Shown: one piece after another, positions 11,429 through 23,574 of the stretch
Layout: every line of letters begins with the position of its first letter
How positions within the stretch are numbered: position 1 is the stretch's first letter
Source of the DNA: Blasia pusilla
Lineage: Eukaryota
NCBI GenBank assembly: GCA_050084515.1
Contig: CM114271.1
Location: forward strand, 14,508,001-14,572,000
DNA: 64,000 nt
Reading direction: 5' to 3'
The notes under the pieces: generated by a model
Database searches by the model: none
The model's input: the letters and a program-made list of their open reading frames with translations, nothing else
Told to the model about the DNA's origin: nothing
Program-made: the position numbers and the translations under genes

Positions 11429-11999
11429 GGAATAGATGGATGGTACCTTCGATCGTGGATTAGTAGGATCTGGTTAGGGTTGATTGTGTACTCAGTCATG
11501 GATATTCATGGCTTGTGGCCTATGTTGGAGATGTGAATCTGGTGCGTGGTTTGTTGGGAAAGAAGCGCCTTGCGGAGAGCTTTCTAACGCGCTTTAGATC
11601 GCCGAATTTCGTCAAGGGAGTTGGAAGTTATCAAGGATTGAAGATTCTTATTCGTGTTCGACAATTTTCTTATGTGGAGAGCTTGGAGTGCGGAAGATCT
11701 GTTGAAGTTCATCCAGATCGGGTGAGAGGTTCCTATTGCTACATGTATTTTAATCTCATGTGAAGCTATGTGCTTCACATGAGTGTGTGGAGCGTTGCGG
11801 ATTTCTGTGTGTATGAATCTGGGCGGAACCGCTGTCGGATTTGCGATTCTGGAGGTGTATGGACAGTAAGATTGTCTGATTTTTAGCTCAGAGTACGGAG
11901 CTCAATTGTAGCTGAATTTTTGTCAAGGAGAAATTTGTTGGACATATGGAGATGATCATGTCAGGAGGTTTTTTCCCCAAGAGGATGGGAGATGGACTT

Positions 12000-13560
12000 T
12001 GGAGGATGGGCCTCAATCAGCCCCAACTCAGTATGATCATTGTGGGAGACGAGGTCATCCTCGAGAGCGTTGCTTTGATCTTCATCCAGAGTTGAGATCA
12101 AGCCGCGGCCGTGGTGGAGTAGCTCCGAGAGGCCGAGGTGGTAGGGGTGGTAGAGGTGGACCAGCAGTTGGAGAGCCTATGGTGGCTACCCCTACCACTA
12201 CGACAGAGTCAGCTATGGTTGCCACGATTGAGCAGTTGTAGCAGAGGTTGGCTACTATGGCTGGAATCCAACATAGAGCAGGCTCAAGAGCAGGGGCTTC
12301 CACCTCTTATGGAGGGGATGATCTCTCTTATATGGAGAGTGCAATACAGGTTGAGGCATCAGCTGTAGTTACGAGAGGAGCCACTCGAGCGTCATAACCA
12401 TGTGGTGCTATTGTGGAGTTGGACCCACAGAGGGGTGAGGCTGGGAGGCAAGCTAGGCTCCCCAGTCATTCTTGTTGTCTGAGGTGCTGAGGACTCCATC
12501 CATGGTTCCTACGCAACCTATTGAGTCTACAGTGGGGATTGAGGCATCTACATTGCGTGTAGTAGACACGGATGCAGCATCGAGTGCAGTATTGCGGATG
12601 GCAACTTCAGTGTTGGGATCCCCATTGTTTTTAGCCACGGAGTTCATGGCTTTAGGAGTTGACTTAGCTCCTGTATTTTTGCTAGCAGCCACCTTGTGTG
12701 AACGTGGGAGTGTTACTGCTACACATGCTGGGGTGGATGAGGGTGTTGCGATGGAGCAACCCTCTATGTCAGGTGTAGCATTGAGTACCAGTGCTACTTG
12801 GCAGGCAGTAGCAACGAAGATGGATGCATTACCAGCCCGGCCAGGCATTGATCGTGAGAGGCTTACACTTGGTGTATGTATGTTGGACAACCGCAGTGGG
12901 ATATTCTGATTGGTGAGTCCTACAGTACAGGTGTATAGACCAAATAAAGTCTTGTTAGACTCTAGTACCCAACCTTTGAGGTTGGGAAAGGCAGCATGTA
13001 TTGGTTTGGGTATTCGGAGGTCAAAGCTTGAGCCTTGCCCATTCCAAATTCAAACATCACTTGGAGGAGCCAATGATAGGTCTCAATTCATGATACGGGA
13101 GAAGTTGTCTATACAGTTGGACCAGATCATGCGTCTGATAGCTCCCGGTTGGGAGTACCTGCAATAGTCACATCATCCGAGTCGTATGATGTACTAGTTG
13201 GAGGAGCACTATTGTACCCAATGGGTTTTCAGATAGACTACTGGACTGAGACAACGTCTTATAGACCTGGTTGGAAGTCCGAGGATGGACGTATGAGCCA
13301 GGTTCCTATGAGATTTATTTACGGGGCTCGACTAGGAGGATCTTCCCCAACGGTGTTAGCATCCGTGGCTGGTTTTAATGGAGTAGTCACTTGGCCAAGA
13401 GACTTTTTGGAGGATAACCTTTCTGCTATGGATTCTCCTGTGCATGAGGAGGTAGAGGAGGTCCCTAGTTTTGCAGCAGTGGCATCCTCATTGTTGGATG
13501 TGCCACTTTGGAGTTCAGGCGGTGCACTACGGCATGAGGCTGATCGCCTAGTGTAGGAGG
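12000..13560 (+). pseudogene. gag-pol: gag C-terminus (knuckle, RGG) and protease of E3
   Basis: YDHCGRRGHPRERC, RGRGGRGGRGG, KVLLDSSTQP (D at 12958-12960), YDVLVGG. Confidence 0.8.
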
Positions 13561-13682
13561 CTTGGTGTGATGTTGTTATACCTCACGAGGAAGAGGAGGC
13601 TCCACGACGGACTCCTACTTCTGGTCCAGTTGGGTTATCCCCTTTGGATACTACACCCATTGTATGGCAGTATCCGCTCGAG

Positions 13683-14320
13683 GGCATTTGTGTGTTAGAT
13701 CTCTTTGGTGGGATTAGCATTGGTTTGGCTGCAGTGTTGCAGGCCGGTATTCTTGTGCAGAGAAACGTGTATGTGGAGCGAGATGAGACAGCCCAGAGAG
13801 TCTCATCTTGACATATTGGTCAGTTGATGCGGAGATATCCTAAGTTGTTGCCGCCATCAGCTATTCGTGGGTACCAGCGTGCTTTGCCATCACATATTGT
13901 ATTGTTGGGGGCGCAGGATCTTGAGAGGGTTGGTCGTGTGGATTTGATGATTGCTGGATGGCCATATGCATGTCAGGATCATACACGTGTTGGTTGTGGT
14001 GAGGGATTACACAACCCTAGATCTCGATTGTTTTGGGAAACGTTACGGGTGTTACGACATCTTTAAGTTCATCAGGCACGTGCTCCAGTTTACATTCTGG
14101 AGAATATTCCATTGTTTGGTGGCACTCGGACCCGGATGATGGCGAGTGTTCATGAGGTGCGGTCTTAGATTGGACCAGCGGTGTTGTTGGATGCAGCGCA
14201 AGTTGGATCGCGTGTACATCGTGCGATGGGATTTGCTATTGGTGTGACATCGGTTGCTTCCATTTCTGAGGCTTCACGACGTCATGTGTTGGGTCAGGCC
14301 ATGGACCTGGATTTTGAATC
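13683..14320 (+). pseudogene. DNMT3-like methyltransferase domain of E3 (internal deletion near 14222)
   Basis: ICVLDLFGGISIGLAAVLQAGI, VDLMIAGWP(YA)CQD, RLFWETLRVL, YILENIP, DAAQVGSRVHR|AMGF...RRHVLGQAMDL. Confidence 0.86.
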
Positions 14321-14574
14321 TTGGTATGGCCGAGCAACGTTGACTTTGGACTATGTCTATGGGTCTTCCACCCCTTGTGATGAGCTCGATGCCTACCGGG
14401 ACGGTAGAGACATCAGCTCGGGGTGAGGAGAACAGTATTTTGCATCCTTGGAGTAAATGGGATGTAATGGCTGGGCATGTGGAGTTGGTTGCTCATGCAA
14501 GTGGAGGAGATATTTGCTCAGATGATGGTGTAGCTAAGGGTGTACCATCTTGTGAGGGGATTGCATAGCAGCCA

Positions 14575-17500
14575 ATGGTGTCGTCCTCTCCCTCTAGTGT
14601 GCCAGTGGAGGAGACTTGGGAGCCATTACTTGGGCCCAAGCTTACGGGAGGTGAGAAACAACGCTTGACACAGTTCATATATGCTTATAGGAGTTGTTTT
14701 GCCTTTAGCATGAAGGAGTTGGGTGCTTTGGTTGGACCCGATATACGGATTGATTTGGCTAGTAATATGCCAATCTTTTGTCGTCCCTACCAATATAGTG
14801 ATATGGAGAGGGACCTGATTCAGAGTAGGACGTTGGACCTTTTAGAGGTTGGATTAGTGGAGTTGTCGCATGGAGAGTATGCATCAGCCACTATCATGCG
14901 TGCTAAAAAGGATGTGCATGGCAACTACACAGATAGGCGGATGTGTGGAGATTACCGTCCTATCAATCGGCAGACCAAGGCCAATAGGTATGCCATGCCT
15001 ACACTTGAGGAGATCTTTGATGTGGTGGGACAGGCAAAGATTTTTAGTACTTTGGATCTCCGGGCAGGATACCATCAATTGCCGATTCAAGAGAGTGACA
15101 AGGCCAAGACAACATTTTGGGGTGTCAACTCTCATGGCAAGGATTGTTTGTACCAGTGGAAATTCTTACCCTTTGGGTTGAAGATCGCACTTGCCAAGTT
15201 TCAGAGAGTGATGGACATGATCCTAGCAGGGTTGGATTTTTTTCGGTGTTACATTGATGATATCTTGGTGTTCCGTAATACGGTGGAGGAGCATCAGATA
15301 CATTTGCAGATTGTGTTTGAGCGGTTGAAAGCTCATGGTCTACGTTGAGATTCAGGAAAGTGTAAGTTCTTCCATGAGGATGTTGAGTATTTGGGTCATG
15401 TGATCTATCCATGTGGTTTGGGAGTTCAGCAAGCAAAGGTGGAGGCTATTGCACTTATCCCTCGTCCGATAGATGTGAGTAGAGTTCGAGCATTCATGGG
15501 ATTGGCGAACTATTATCAGAGGTATGTGAAGGGATTTAGTGCTATGGAAAAGCCTTTGAACCAATTGCTGAAATCAAATCAGGAGTGGCACTGGGGAGAT
15601 GATCAGGAGAGAGCTTTTGTGCAGCTCAAGGCCCACTTGGTGGCGGCGCCTATCTTGAGGAGACCTATCAAAGGGCGTCCATTTCAGTTACACACTGATT
15701 GGAGTAGGTTGGGACTTGGAGCGGTGTTGACACAACATGATGATGAGCACATGGAGTTTGTGGTGGCCTATGCAAGTTGTTCGAATAATGCAATGAGTCG
15801 CTATAATTCATATGAGGGAGAGTGCTTGGCAAGAGTGTGGGTTGTGGCACACTTTAGGTGTTACTTGTTTGGCACACAATTTACCCTTGTTACTAATCAC
15901 CAGCCGCTCAAGTGGTTGATGGAGTCTGACAAGCTTACAGGGAAGCTTGCACGGTGGGCTCTTATCTTACAGGAGTATGACTTCCAGATGGTACATAGAC
16001 TTGGAGTTGCCAACCTTGATGCTGATGGGTTGAGTAGAAACCCATGTACTAGCCAAGAGGATGCAAGTGGGGCTAGATGACATGGCGAGGTTGATGAGGA
16101 GATGGTGTCAGGTTGGCATGCATCTGCCTTTTTATGTTGGTAAGGGGTGGACTCTAGTATGGAGGACCACATGACATCTTACTCTAGTCAGAGGGTAGAT
16201 GGCCAGCCTTCAGATCCTAAAGTTGGAGATGGTGGTACGGATCAGCCTGATATTCATGATGATGCGTTGGTGTTGGAGTTCCTACGGATCAGTAGGATGC
16301 CATGCATAGTGAGTGCCAAGGAGCGAGATCGTGTTCTTCAACGTGCTAAGAGGTATCGATTGGAGGGAATACATATTCTCCGTGTGTGGGAGGATGGTAG
16401 AGTACGAGTAGTGCCGCATTTGGCTGAGAGAGAGCGCATTGTGCGACATGCCCATGAGGAGTTGGGACAGTTTGGGGTAAAGCGTACTTATAGCTTACTC
16501 CTTGGTCAGTATTGGTGGCGCGGCATGCATACTCAGGTGCAGCAGTTGGTGTCACGTTGTATGGTTTGTGATTGGGTGAGGGCATCATTCAATGCCCCTA
16601 CACCATAGTTATACCCCTTGCCTATTATGGGGTTGGGTTACCGTTGGAGTGTGGACTTTGCGGGACCGTTACCGTTGATTGTACGACATCCTCGATATGT
16701 GTTGGTGATGGTGGAGCTCTTTTCCAAGTGGATTGAGTTGGTGGCATTACTTGACAAGGCAAGTGAGGGAACGGCATATGGGTTTCTTGATAGAGTGCTT
16801 AGTCATTTTGGTGCACCAGCTGAAGTGCTGACCGACCAGGAAACAGAGTTTCAGGGTGAGTTTCAGGTCTTGTGTGTCAAGGCGTTGATTGATCATCGGA
16901 CCACGTCTCGAGATCATCCAGAGACGGATGGTTTGGCTGAGCGTGTGGTTCAGACGGTGAAGAGGGCATTGCGCAAGTATGGCCTACAGAAGGGGCATCT
17001 TGGAGATTGGGATATTCAGTTGCCATGGTTAGCCATGGGGTATAGGTTTAGTCGCCAAGCATCCTTGGCTTCCTTCTCACCTTATTTTTTGTTATACAGC
17101 CGAGATCCAGACTTGCCAGTAGCAATTCGTCGGGAGTCTAGTAAGGTGGTGAACCTTGACGACTCCGGGGGCAGAGCTCTTTTGGAGAGTTATGCCAACA
17201 GACTTTGAGAATCTTGTCATTGCTCAACACAAGGATACGTTGCGGTATGCAACCATTCGGGGTGGAGGTTATCGACCATCGATTCGTAGATTCTATGTGG
17301 GGGACAATGTCTATTTGCAGCAAATTGCACCAACAACATTGGATGTGACGGCAGGCTGCACTATTTTACGAGTGCGCGAGGTGTTAGCTTCTGGAGTTCT
17401 CATAATGGAGGGTCGTGATGGAGTTGTTTGGAAGGACCATGTGCGTAATTGTGCATGTCATCTTCCAAATGTGGATGGTACTATTGACCCAAGCTTAGCC

Positions 17501-17661
17501 ATGATACGTGCTAGCTTGAGGTGCATGTTTTGTGGGTCTGCTAGTAACGCATCCCGTATGTTGGTGTGTGATCGGTGTTCTAGGGGTTGACACATTATGT
17601 GTTTGACTCCACGCATGGATGTTGTTCCTACTGGAAGGTGGGTTTTTCCTCCATGTACTTA
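14575..17661 (+). pseudogene. pol: RT, RNase H, integrase and PHD of E3
   Basis: RMCGDYRPIN, DLRAGYHQ, LPFGL, YIDD (Ty3/Gypsy RT); RNase H; HHCC + DDE; CMFC..CDRC..H..C. Confidence 0.93.
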
Positions 17662-17834
17662 GGAGGGGTAGATGACTTGATCTTTGCATGATATGGATTA
17701 CAGATGTGCGACTAACGATGGGGCAACCTGGCACCCGGCCTTTTGATTCGTGCACCCATGAAGGAGTATAGCATGTAGTAGATGTATAGGGCTACTTGGG
17801 AGTTAGAGGGACCTAACCGCCAGTTAGGGGAGCG

Positions 17835-18418
17835 AGTTGTGGTACACTTGTGTTTGTGGATGCTCTCGTCTATGTTATGTATGTATGTGAGTATGGTATG
17901 TCAGCGATGTATGTTGTATGACGATGTGGATTCGCACGACAACTGTCATGACCATACAAATTATGTCATAGAGTATAGTGTGCTAGTAGAGGCCATACCT
18001 TATGTGGGATCGTAGTGTCTAGGTAGAGATGTGGTTCCATACATAGGGTTGGGAGTTACTCCGTTGAGGGTGACTTTTCCAATAGGGCCCGTTCTTAGGT
18101 TGGAGGATATAGTGTGGAGTGCACTCAAAGAACAGTTAGTTCTTTGAGTTGAGCTTGTTGCGTTGGGAGTTAGCCTTGGTAGTGAGTAGAGCTCTTGGCT
18201 ATGATGGTTCCCGCAAGCTTCGACATGGATTCTCCCATCGTGGAAAGGGTTTGGCTCAATTGTATATGATTCTATACGTATTTTATGACATTAGGTCTTT
18301 CACATATTTCTAGTTGTGATACACTTGTGTTTGTGGATGTTCTTGTCTATGTTATGTATGTATGTGAGTATGGTATATGAGAGATGTATGTTGTATGACG
18401 ATGTGGATTCGCATGACA
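17835..18418 (+). repeat. E3 3' repeats: B1 (17835-17941), AC spacer, A2 (17944-18311), B2 (18312-18418)
   Basis: 107-bp B duplicated; junction CACGACA-AC-TGTCATG. Confidence 0.93.
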
Positions 18419-18714
18419 ATCTGGAACAGCTTTTCCAATGCATCCCAGGCACCCTTTGGAGTATCAACATCTTGGATGTGACCTATTATTGGCGAACTGA
18501 TCGTTATTGAAATGTAGTGGATTACTTGCCTTGCGCGTTTGTTCCAAGCGCGAACATTCAAATCTGTTGAGTCACCTTCTGGCTTGGCGTCATCACCTGT
18601 GACAAGCTCCCATAGTTCTTGACCCATGAGAAATTTTTTCATGCGAAACTTCCAGACATTGTAATTTTGCTTGTCTAGCTTCTCGCATGTGATTGTTGTT
18701 GAGGAATACTCCAT
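18419..18714 (-). pseudogene. gag: Copia gag N-terminus
   Basis: KLDKQNYNVWKFRMKKFLMGQELW...AWDALEKLF. Confidence 0.85.
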
Positions 18715-19230
18715 GATAAATGATTTCACTCACAAAAATATAATTTCAGGTTTTCTACTGCTCCAATTGAAGCATAGACCACTCCTACACAGAAATTGAC
18801 CTGAAATTTGCCAATATTGATCAACTCTATGAAAGAACTAGTCGAAATTGGCCTGTAGAGAGCAAACTGCACAACTTTTTTTCACTAATTGCACTTTCCT
18901 ACATTGAAATTGCTGTTGTAGGAGCTCAGAGTGTCAGAATTGAGCCATTTTGGATGCATTGGAAAGCTCTCGACAAGTTCTACGAGATTGTTGGGACCAG
19001 CCATACGCAACGGTCTAGAAAAAGTGGAACCTGACGGCTGAATCAACTGGGAAAGCCCTCAAAAACGTATCCAAAGTTTTATCACCATCAAAGATCCACT
19101 TGAAATCTGCACCCACTGAGCTCAGAGTAAAATTTCCTTCTCCCAAACTGAAATTGTGCCTTCTCTTGCCTCTCTTCTCTCTTCAAACACCAAGTATTTC
19201 AAGTGATGTTCTCCTCTCGCTCTGATACAA

Positions 19231-19540
19231 TGTGGAAAACTGCTAAATAAGCATAACTGGTGGAAAACGGATCTCACACACACACCACCATGGAGAACGA
19301 AATTTGCAATGAGAGAATGAATGGAGGTTGGTCCTCTTCTCAATTATATAGGGTATGTACAAGCAACCCTAACCCTATCCTTAACCATAGTCTCAAGTTA
19401 GCCTAATTGTGATTCACTAATCCTAGTTAAGATAATCGTGCTTAACAAACTAACCAAGATTAAGCTTCCCTACTTTGTGTTAGTGCCAAATGTAGCAGTT
19501 CAAGTGTCTCATGAGCTTGATTGTAACTCAATCTTCAAAA
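19231..19540 (-). repeat. Copia 5' LTR
   Basis: Direct repeat of 7434-7729, followed on the minus strand by a PBS. Confidence 0.93.
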
Positions 19541-19545
19541 CAGAG

Positions 19546-19790
19546 TAGGCAGGTCCCAAGCAGCCTCGTCCACGTTTGTGAGTTTTCTCGCTTCCTATGC
19601 ATACAAGGAGGTCGGTCCTGGCTTGGATTGGGATGACCAGGTGCAACGATTGGTGGAGCCCAACGCCGATGAGAGAGAGCGAGTGATGGGATTTCCCACA
19701 AAAGTGACGGCAGTACCGTTAGTGTCAGAGGCACCACAACGCCATGTCTTGGGTCAGGCGATGGACCTGAACTGCTTGATATGTACGAGC
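19546..19790 (+). pseudogene. DNMT3-like domain of E2, C-terminal part (motifs IX-X)
   Basis: EPNADERERVMGFPTKVT...SEAPQRHVLGQAMDLNCL, cf. DNMT3 EMERVFGFP..YT....SR..RQRLLGRSW. Confidence 0.85.
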
Positions 19791-19909
19791 AGCGCCATAT
19801 GAGATCGCGACAGATCACAGTGGTTGTATTGGTGAGCCCCATGCCTACCGAGACGGTGTAGGCAGTGGCTGGGGACGAGACCCGAGGAGATCTACACACC
19901 AGGGGAGAT

Positions 19910-22606
19910 CAACTTCTATCGGCGGTACGTCAAGGGATTCAACTCGATTGCGAAGCCTCTAACCTTGCTGACCAAGGTGGATCACGAGTGGCACTGGGGG
20001 GATGAGCAAGAGCGAGCATTTCAATTGCTCAAGGACAAGTTGACATCCGCACCCATCTTGAGGAGACCCATCAGGGGAGTATAGCTCGTATGAGGGTGAG
20101 TGTTTGGTTGCAATGTGGTCTGTCACGCATTTCAGGTGTTACTTATTGGGCAACCCTTTTACCATCATCATTGATCATCAACCACTAAAGTGGTTGATGG
20201 AGTCCGACAAGCTTACAGGGAAGCTTGTGAGATGGGTTCTATTCTTGTAGGAGTATGATTTTCAAGTGGTACATAGACCCGGGACGCTCAACCACGATGC
20301 AAATGGGTTGAGTCGTAACCCATGCCCGAGTCAGCGAGATGCGACTAGAGCTCGATCGCATGGAGAGAGTGATGAGGAGTCAGTGCCAAGATGGCACGCG
20401 TCAGCCTGTTTAGGCATGTTGCCTATGGAGAGTCATAGTGTGGAGACTTCGATGGCGAGGTCTAGTGGAGAGTCCTTGGATCCCAAGGCCAGTGAGGAGA
20501 CAACATATGGCGGAGATCTTCATGATGATGGAGTAGTCTTGGAGTACCTTCGTACTGGCAGTGTTGCGTGCACCGTGGGTACTAGAGAGCAGGATCGGAT
20601 CCTACAGCGGGTCAGACGGTTCCGTTGGGAGGGGACACATGTTTTGAGGGTTTGGGAGGATGGTAGAGTACGCATAGTGCCACATCCTTTGTAGAGAGCA
20701 CGACTAGTGCAGCATGCCCACGAGGAGTTAGGTCACTTTGGGATGAAGCGGACGTACAACTTGCTCTATATTCAGTATTGGTGGCGAGGCATGTAGACTG
20801 ACATTCAACAGTTTTTTTCCAGGTGCATGGTGTGTGATCGGGTCCGAGCATCGTTCAATGCTCCGACTCCACAGTTGCATCCATTATCGATCATGGGCTT
20901 AGGGTATAGATAGAGTTTGGATTTTGCAAAACCTTTGCCTTTGACGGAGCGTCACAATCGTTATGTGTTGGTGATGGTCGAGCACTTCTCGAAGTGGATC
21001 GAGTTGGTTGTATTTCCTGATAAAGCGATTCAAGGGAGTAGCTTATACCTTCCTTGACAGAGTGCTGAGTCATTATGGCGCACCGGCTGAGGTGTTGACA
21101 GACCAGGATACCGAGTTTCGCGATGAGTTCCAGGTGTTGTGTGATCAAGCGCTGATCGACCACCGCACGACTTCACGAGATCATCCAGAGGCGGATGGAT
21201 TAGCGGAGAGAGTTGTGCAGACGGTGAAGAGGGGTTTACCTAAGTATGGCTTGCAGAGAGGTCACCTAGAAGATTGGGACCTCCAGTAGCCGTGGTTGGG
21301 GATGTGTCACGTCCTTTAGGATAGATCGGTGAGATCTAGTAGAGTGTCTTCAAGAGTAGTGGAGGACACGCCTAGGAGTTCAAGGATGACCTGCTGAGGC
21401 CCCGAGAAACCTGAGAGAGCATGTTTCCCCTTCGTTTCGGCTCATTTGGAGCCATATTGAAGAACTTGCTATTTTAGGTAAGTGCCATTTTGAGTATATG
21501 ATCGACTTTCTATTTTTGGTAAGTAGCCCTTGACCTCCTACATCAGGTCAAGAGCCAAGGAGGTGACTTGGAAGAATAGGTTACCATGGAGAGAGCTTGG
21601 GAGAGGGGAGGGGTATATATCCCAAGGAGAGAGAGTTTGAGAGCTCATTCTCTCTTTGTTGAACCTCTTGGCATGAGGCGGCGGAGCTATGGTCCCTTGC
21701 CTTGTGAGTGTAATCCAAGCCTCTCATTAGGAGAGTGGGTTTGGTTTGACATGAGAGAGAGTGCACACCTTTGAGAGTTATGGTGTGAGATTGTGTAGAG
21801 AGAGATTGGATTTTACTTTAATTGGAAATATTTTGGTACTTCCTGTCTCGTTGTTTGGATGCCATGAGTTAGCATGGGATCGTGCATGTTTGTGTGTGTG
21901 TTCGGTGATAGCGATGTATGTTGTGTAGCGATGTGTATGCGCACGACAGATGGGATACACATTCAGCAAGCAAGCATCCTAAGCGTCTTTTTCACCGTAC
22001 TTGCTACTTTATGGCTGAGAGCCAGATTTACCTGCGGCCATTTGTCGAGATGTTGGTGAGGTGTTGGACCTTGATGACCCAGATGTATGGATGCGAGCAT
22101 GTTCTCAGAGGGCTGAGTTATTTTGGAGAGTGATGCCCATGGTGTTCGAGAACTTGGGGATTGCGCAGCATCGAGATACGTTGAGGTATGCGACTATTCG
22201 AGGTGGTGGTTATCGACCAACTCTCTGGAGGTTTCATCAGGGAGATTATGTCTACTTTCAGCAGACGGCACCGACGATGTTGGATGTGATTGCAGGGCGC
22301 ACTATCCTGATAGTGCGCGACGTTTTGCCATCCAATATTCTCTTGCTCGAGGGACGCGATGGTATGGTACGGAAGGACCATGTGCGTAATTGTGCGCCAT
22401 GTCACCTTCCTAGCATTGATGGTACAGTAGATCCGAGCTTAGCAGTAGTTCCTGCAGGCTTGCGTTGTATGTTGTGTGGTTCTGCCTGTGGTGCGGCCAA
22501 AATGCTAGTATGTGATGGATGTTCGAGAGGTTGGCATATGGTATGTCAGACGCCACCTCTCACTAGGGTTCCTCGAGGACAATGGATGTATCCCAGATGT
22601 ACGTAG
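19910..22606 (+). pseudogene. pol: RNase H/integrase/PHD remnant of E2 (RT deleted near 19905)
   Basis: Closely similar to 895-3074; interrupted at 21305-21948. Confidence 0.9.
21305..21948 (+). mobile_element. Solo A+B repeat with 4-bp TSD
   Basis: GATG|TGTCACG...CACGACA|GATG. The uninterrupted site in E1 has a single GATG. Confidence 0.93.
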
Positions 22607-22792
22607 GGGAGATACTAGGTAGGTTTCAATTCTGACTTTTTCTGTGACATGGATGACAAGAAGGCGACTAACGATGGGGCCACATGAGCACCCGGCCTTT
22701 CTACTCTTAGCGTCCTAGAGATGTATGTCGTGGTAGGTAGGGATAGAGGGCTATCTGGAGTTAGAGGGACCTAACCAACAACTAAGGGGGCG

Positions 22793-23574
22793 ATTGGAGA
22801 TATTTTAGTACTTCTTGTCTCATTGTTTGGATGCCATGAGTTAGCAGGGGATCATGCGTGTTTGTGTGTGTGTTCAGTGACAGCGATGTATGTTGTGTAG
22901 CAATGTGTATGTGCACGACAGAACGACAACTATCACGTCTTTTGGGATAGATCGGTGAGATCTAATAGAGCGCCTTCGTGAGTAGTGGGGGACATGCTCA
23001 GTAGGTGGAGGATAACTTGCTAAGGCCCCGAGAAACTTGAGAGAGTAGGTTTCCCTTCGTTTCGGTTCATTTGGAGCGATATTGAGGAATTTACTATTTT
23101 AGGTACATACCATTTTGAGTTTATCATCAACTTTTTATTTTTGTTAAGTGCCCCTTGACCTCCTACATCAGGTCTAGAGCCAAGGAGATAACTTGGGAGA
23201 ATAGGTTACCATGGAGAGAGCTTGGGAGAGGTGAGGGGTATACCTCAAGGAGAGAGAGCTTCAGAGCTCATTCTCTCTTTGTTGAACCTCTTGGCATGAG
23301 GCGGCGGACCTATGATCTTGCTTGCTTTGTGTGTGTAACCCAAGCCTCTCCTTAGGAGATTGGGTTTGGTTTGATATTGAGAGAGACATGTGAGAGTGCA
23401 CACATTTGAGAGCTATGGTGTTGAGAGAGATTGGATCTTGATTTATTGGAGATATTTTGGTACTTCTTATCTCGTTGTTTGGATGCCATGAATTAACTTG
23501 GGATCGTGTGTGTTTGTGTGTGTGTGTTCGGTGACAGCAATGTATGTTGTATAGCGATGTGTATGCGCACGACA
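22793..23574 (+). repeat. E2 3' repeats: B1 (22793-22920), spacer, A2+B2 (22931-23574)
   Basis: B duplicated at 23445-23574. Junction CACGACA-gaACGACA-AC-TATCACG carries a small duplication. Confidence 0.92.

Larger units (their letters stand above)
11104..18418 (+). mobile_element. Gypsy-type retrotransposon E3, most complete copy: A1-gag-PR-DNMT-RT-RH-IN-PHD-B1-A2-B2
   Basis: A1 11104-11416 = 17998-18310; B1 17835-17941 = B2 18312-18418; all pol domains present. About 54 bp of the 5' end was lost along with part of Copia gag. Confidence 0.9.
7434..19540 (-). mobile_element. Ty1/Copia LTR retrotransposon (decayed), itself interrupted by E3
   Basis: LTRs 7434-7729 and 19231-19540. Degenerate iMet PBS (TtGTATCAGAGC) at about 19219-19230. 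PPT 7730-7740. TSD CAGGG/CAGAG (one mismatch). Confidence 0.93.
4034..23574 (+). mobile_element. Gypsy-type retrotransposon E2 (gag-PR-DNMT-[RT deleted]-RH-IN-PHD-B1-A2-B2), interrupted by Copia and a solo repeat
   Basis: The MTase reading frame continues across the Copia insertion (MVNR|VGRSQ). The integrase continues across the solo repeat (PWLGM|GY). 3' repeats at 22793-23574. Confidence 0.8.

Noticed and set aside
11104-18418. DIRS/PAT/Ngaro element
   Set aside because: Has protease, HHCC-DDE integrase, TG...CA ends and a TSD; no tyrosine recombinase motif seen.
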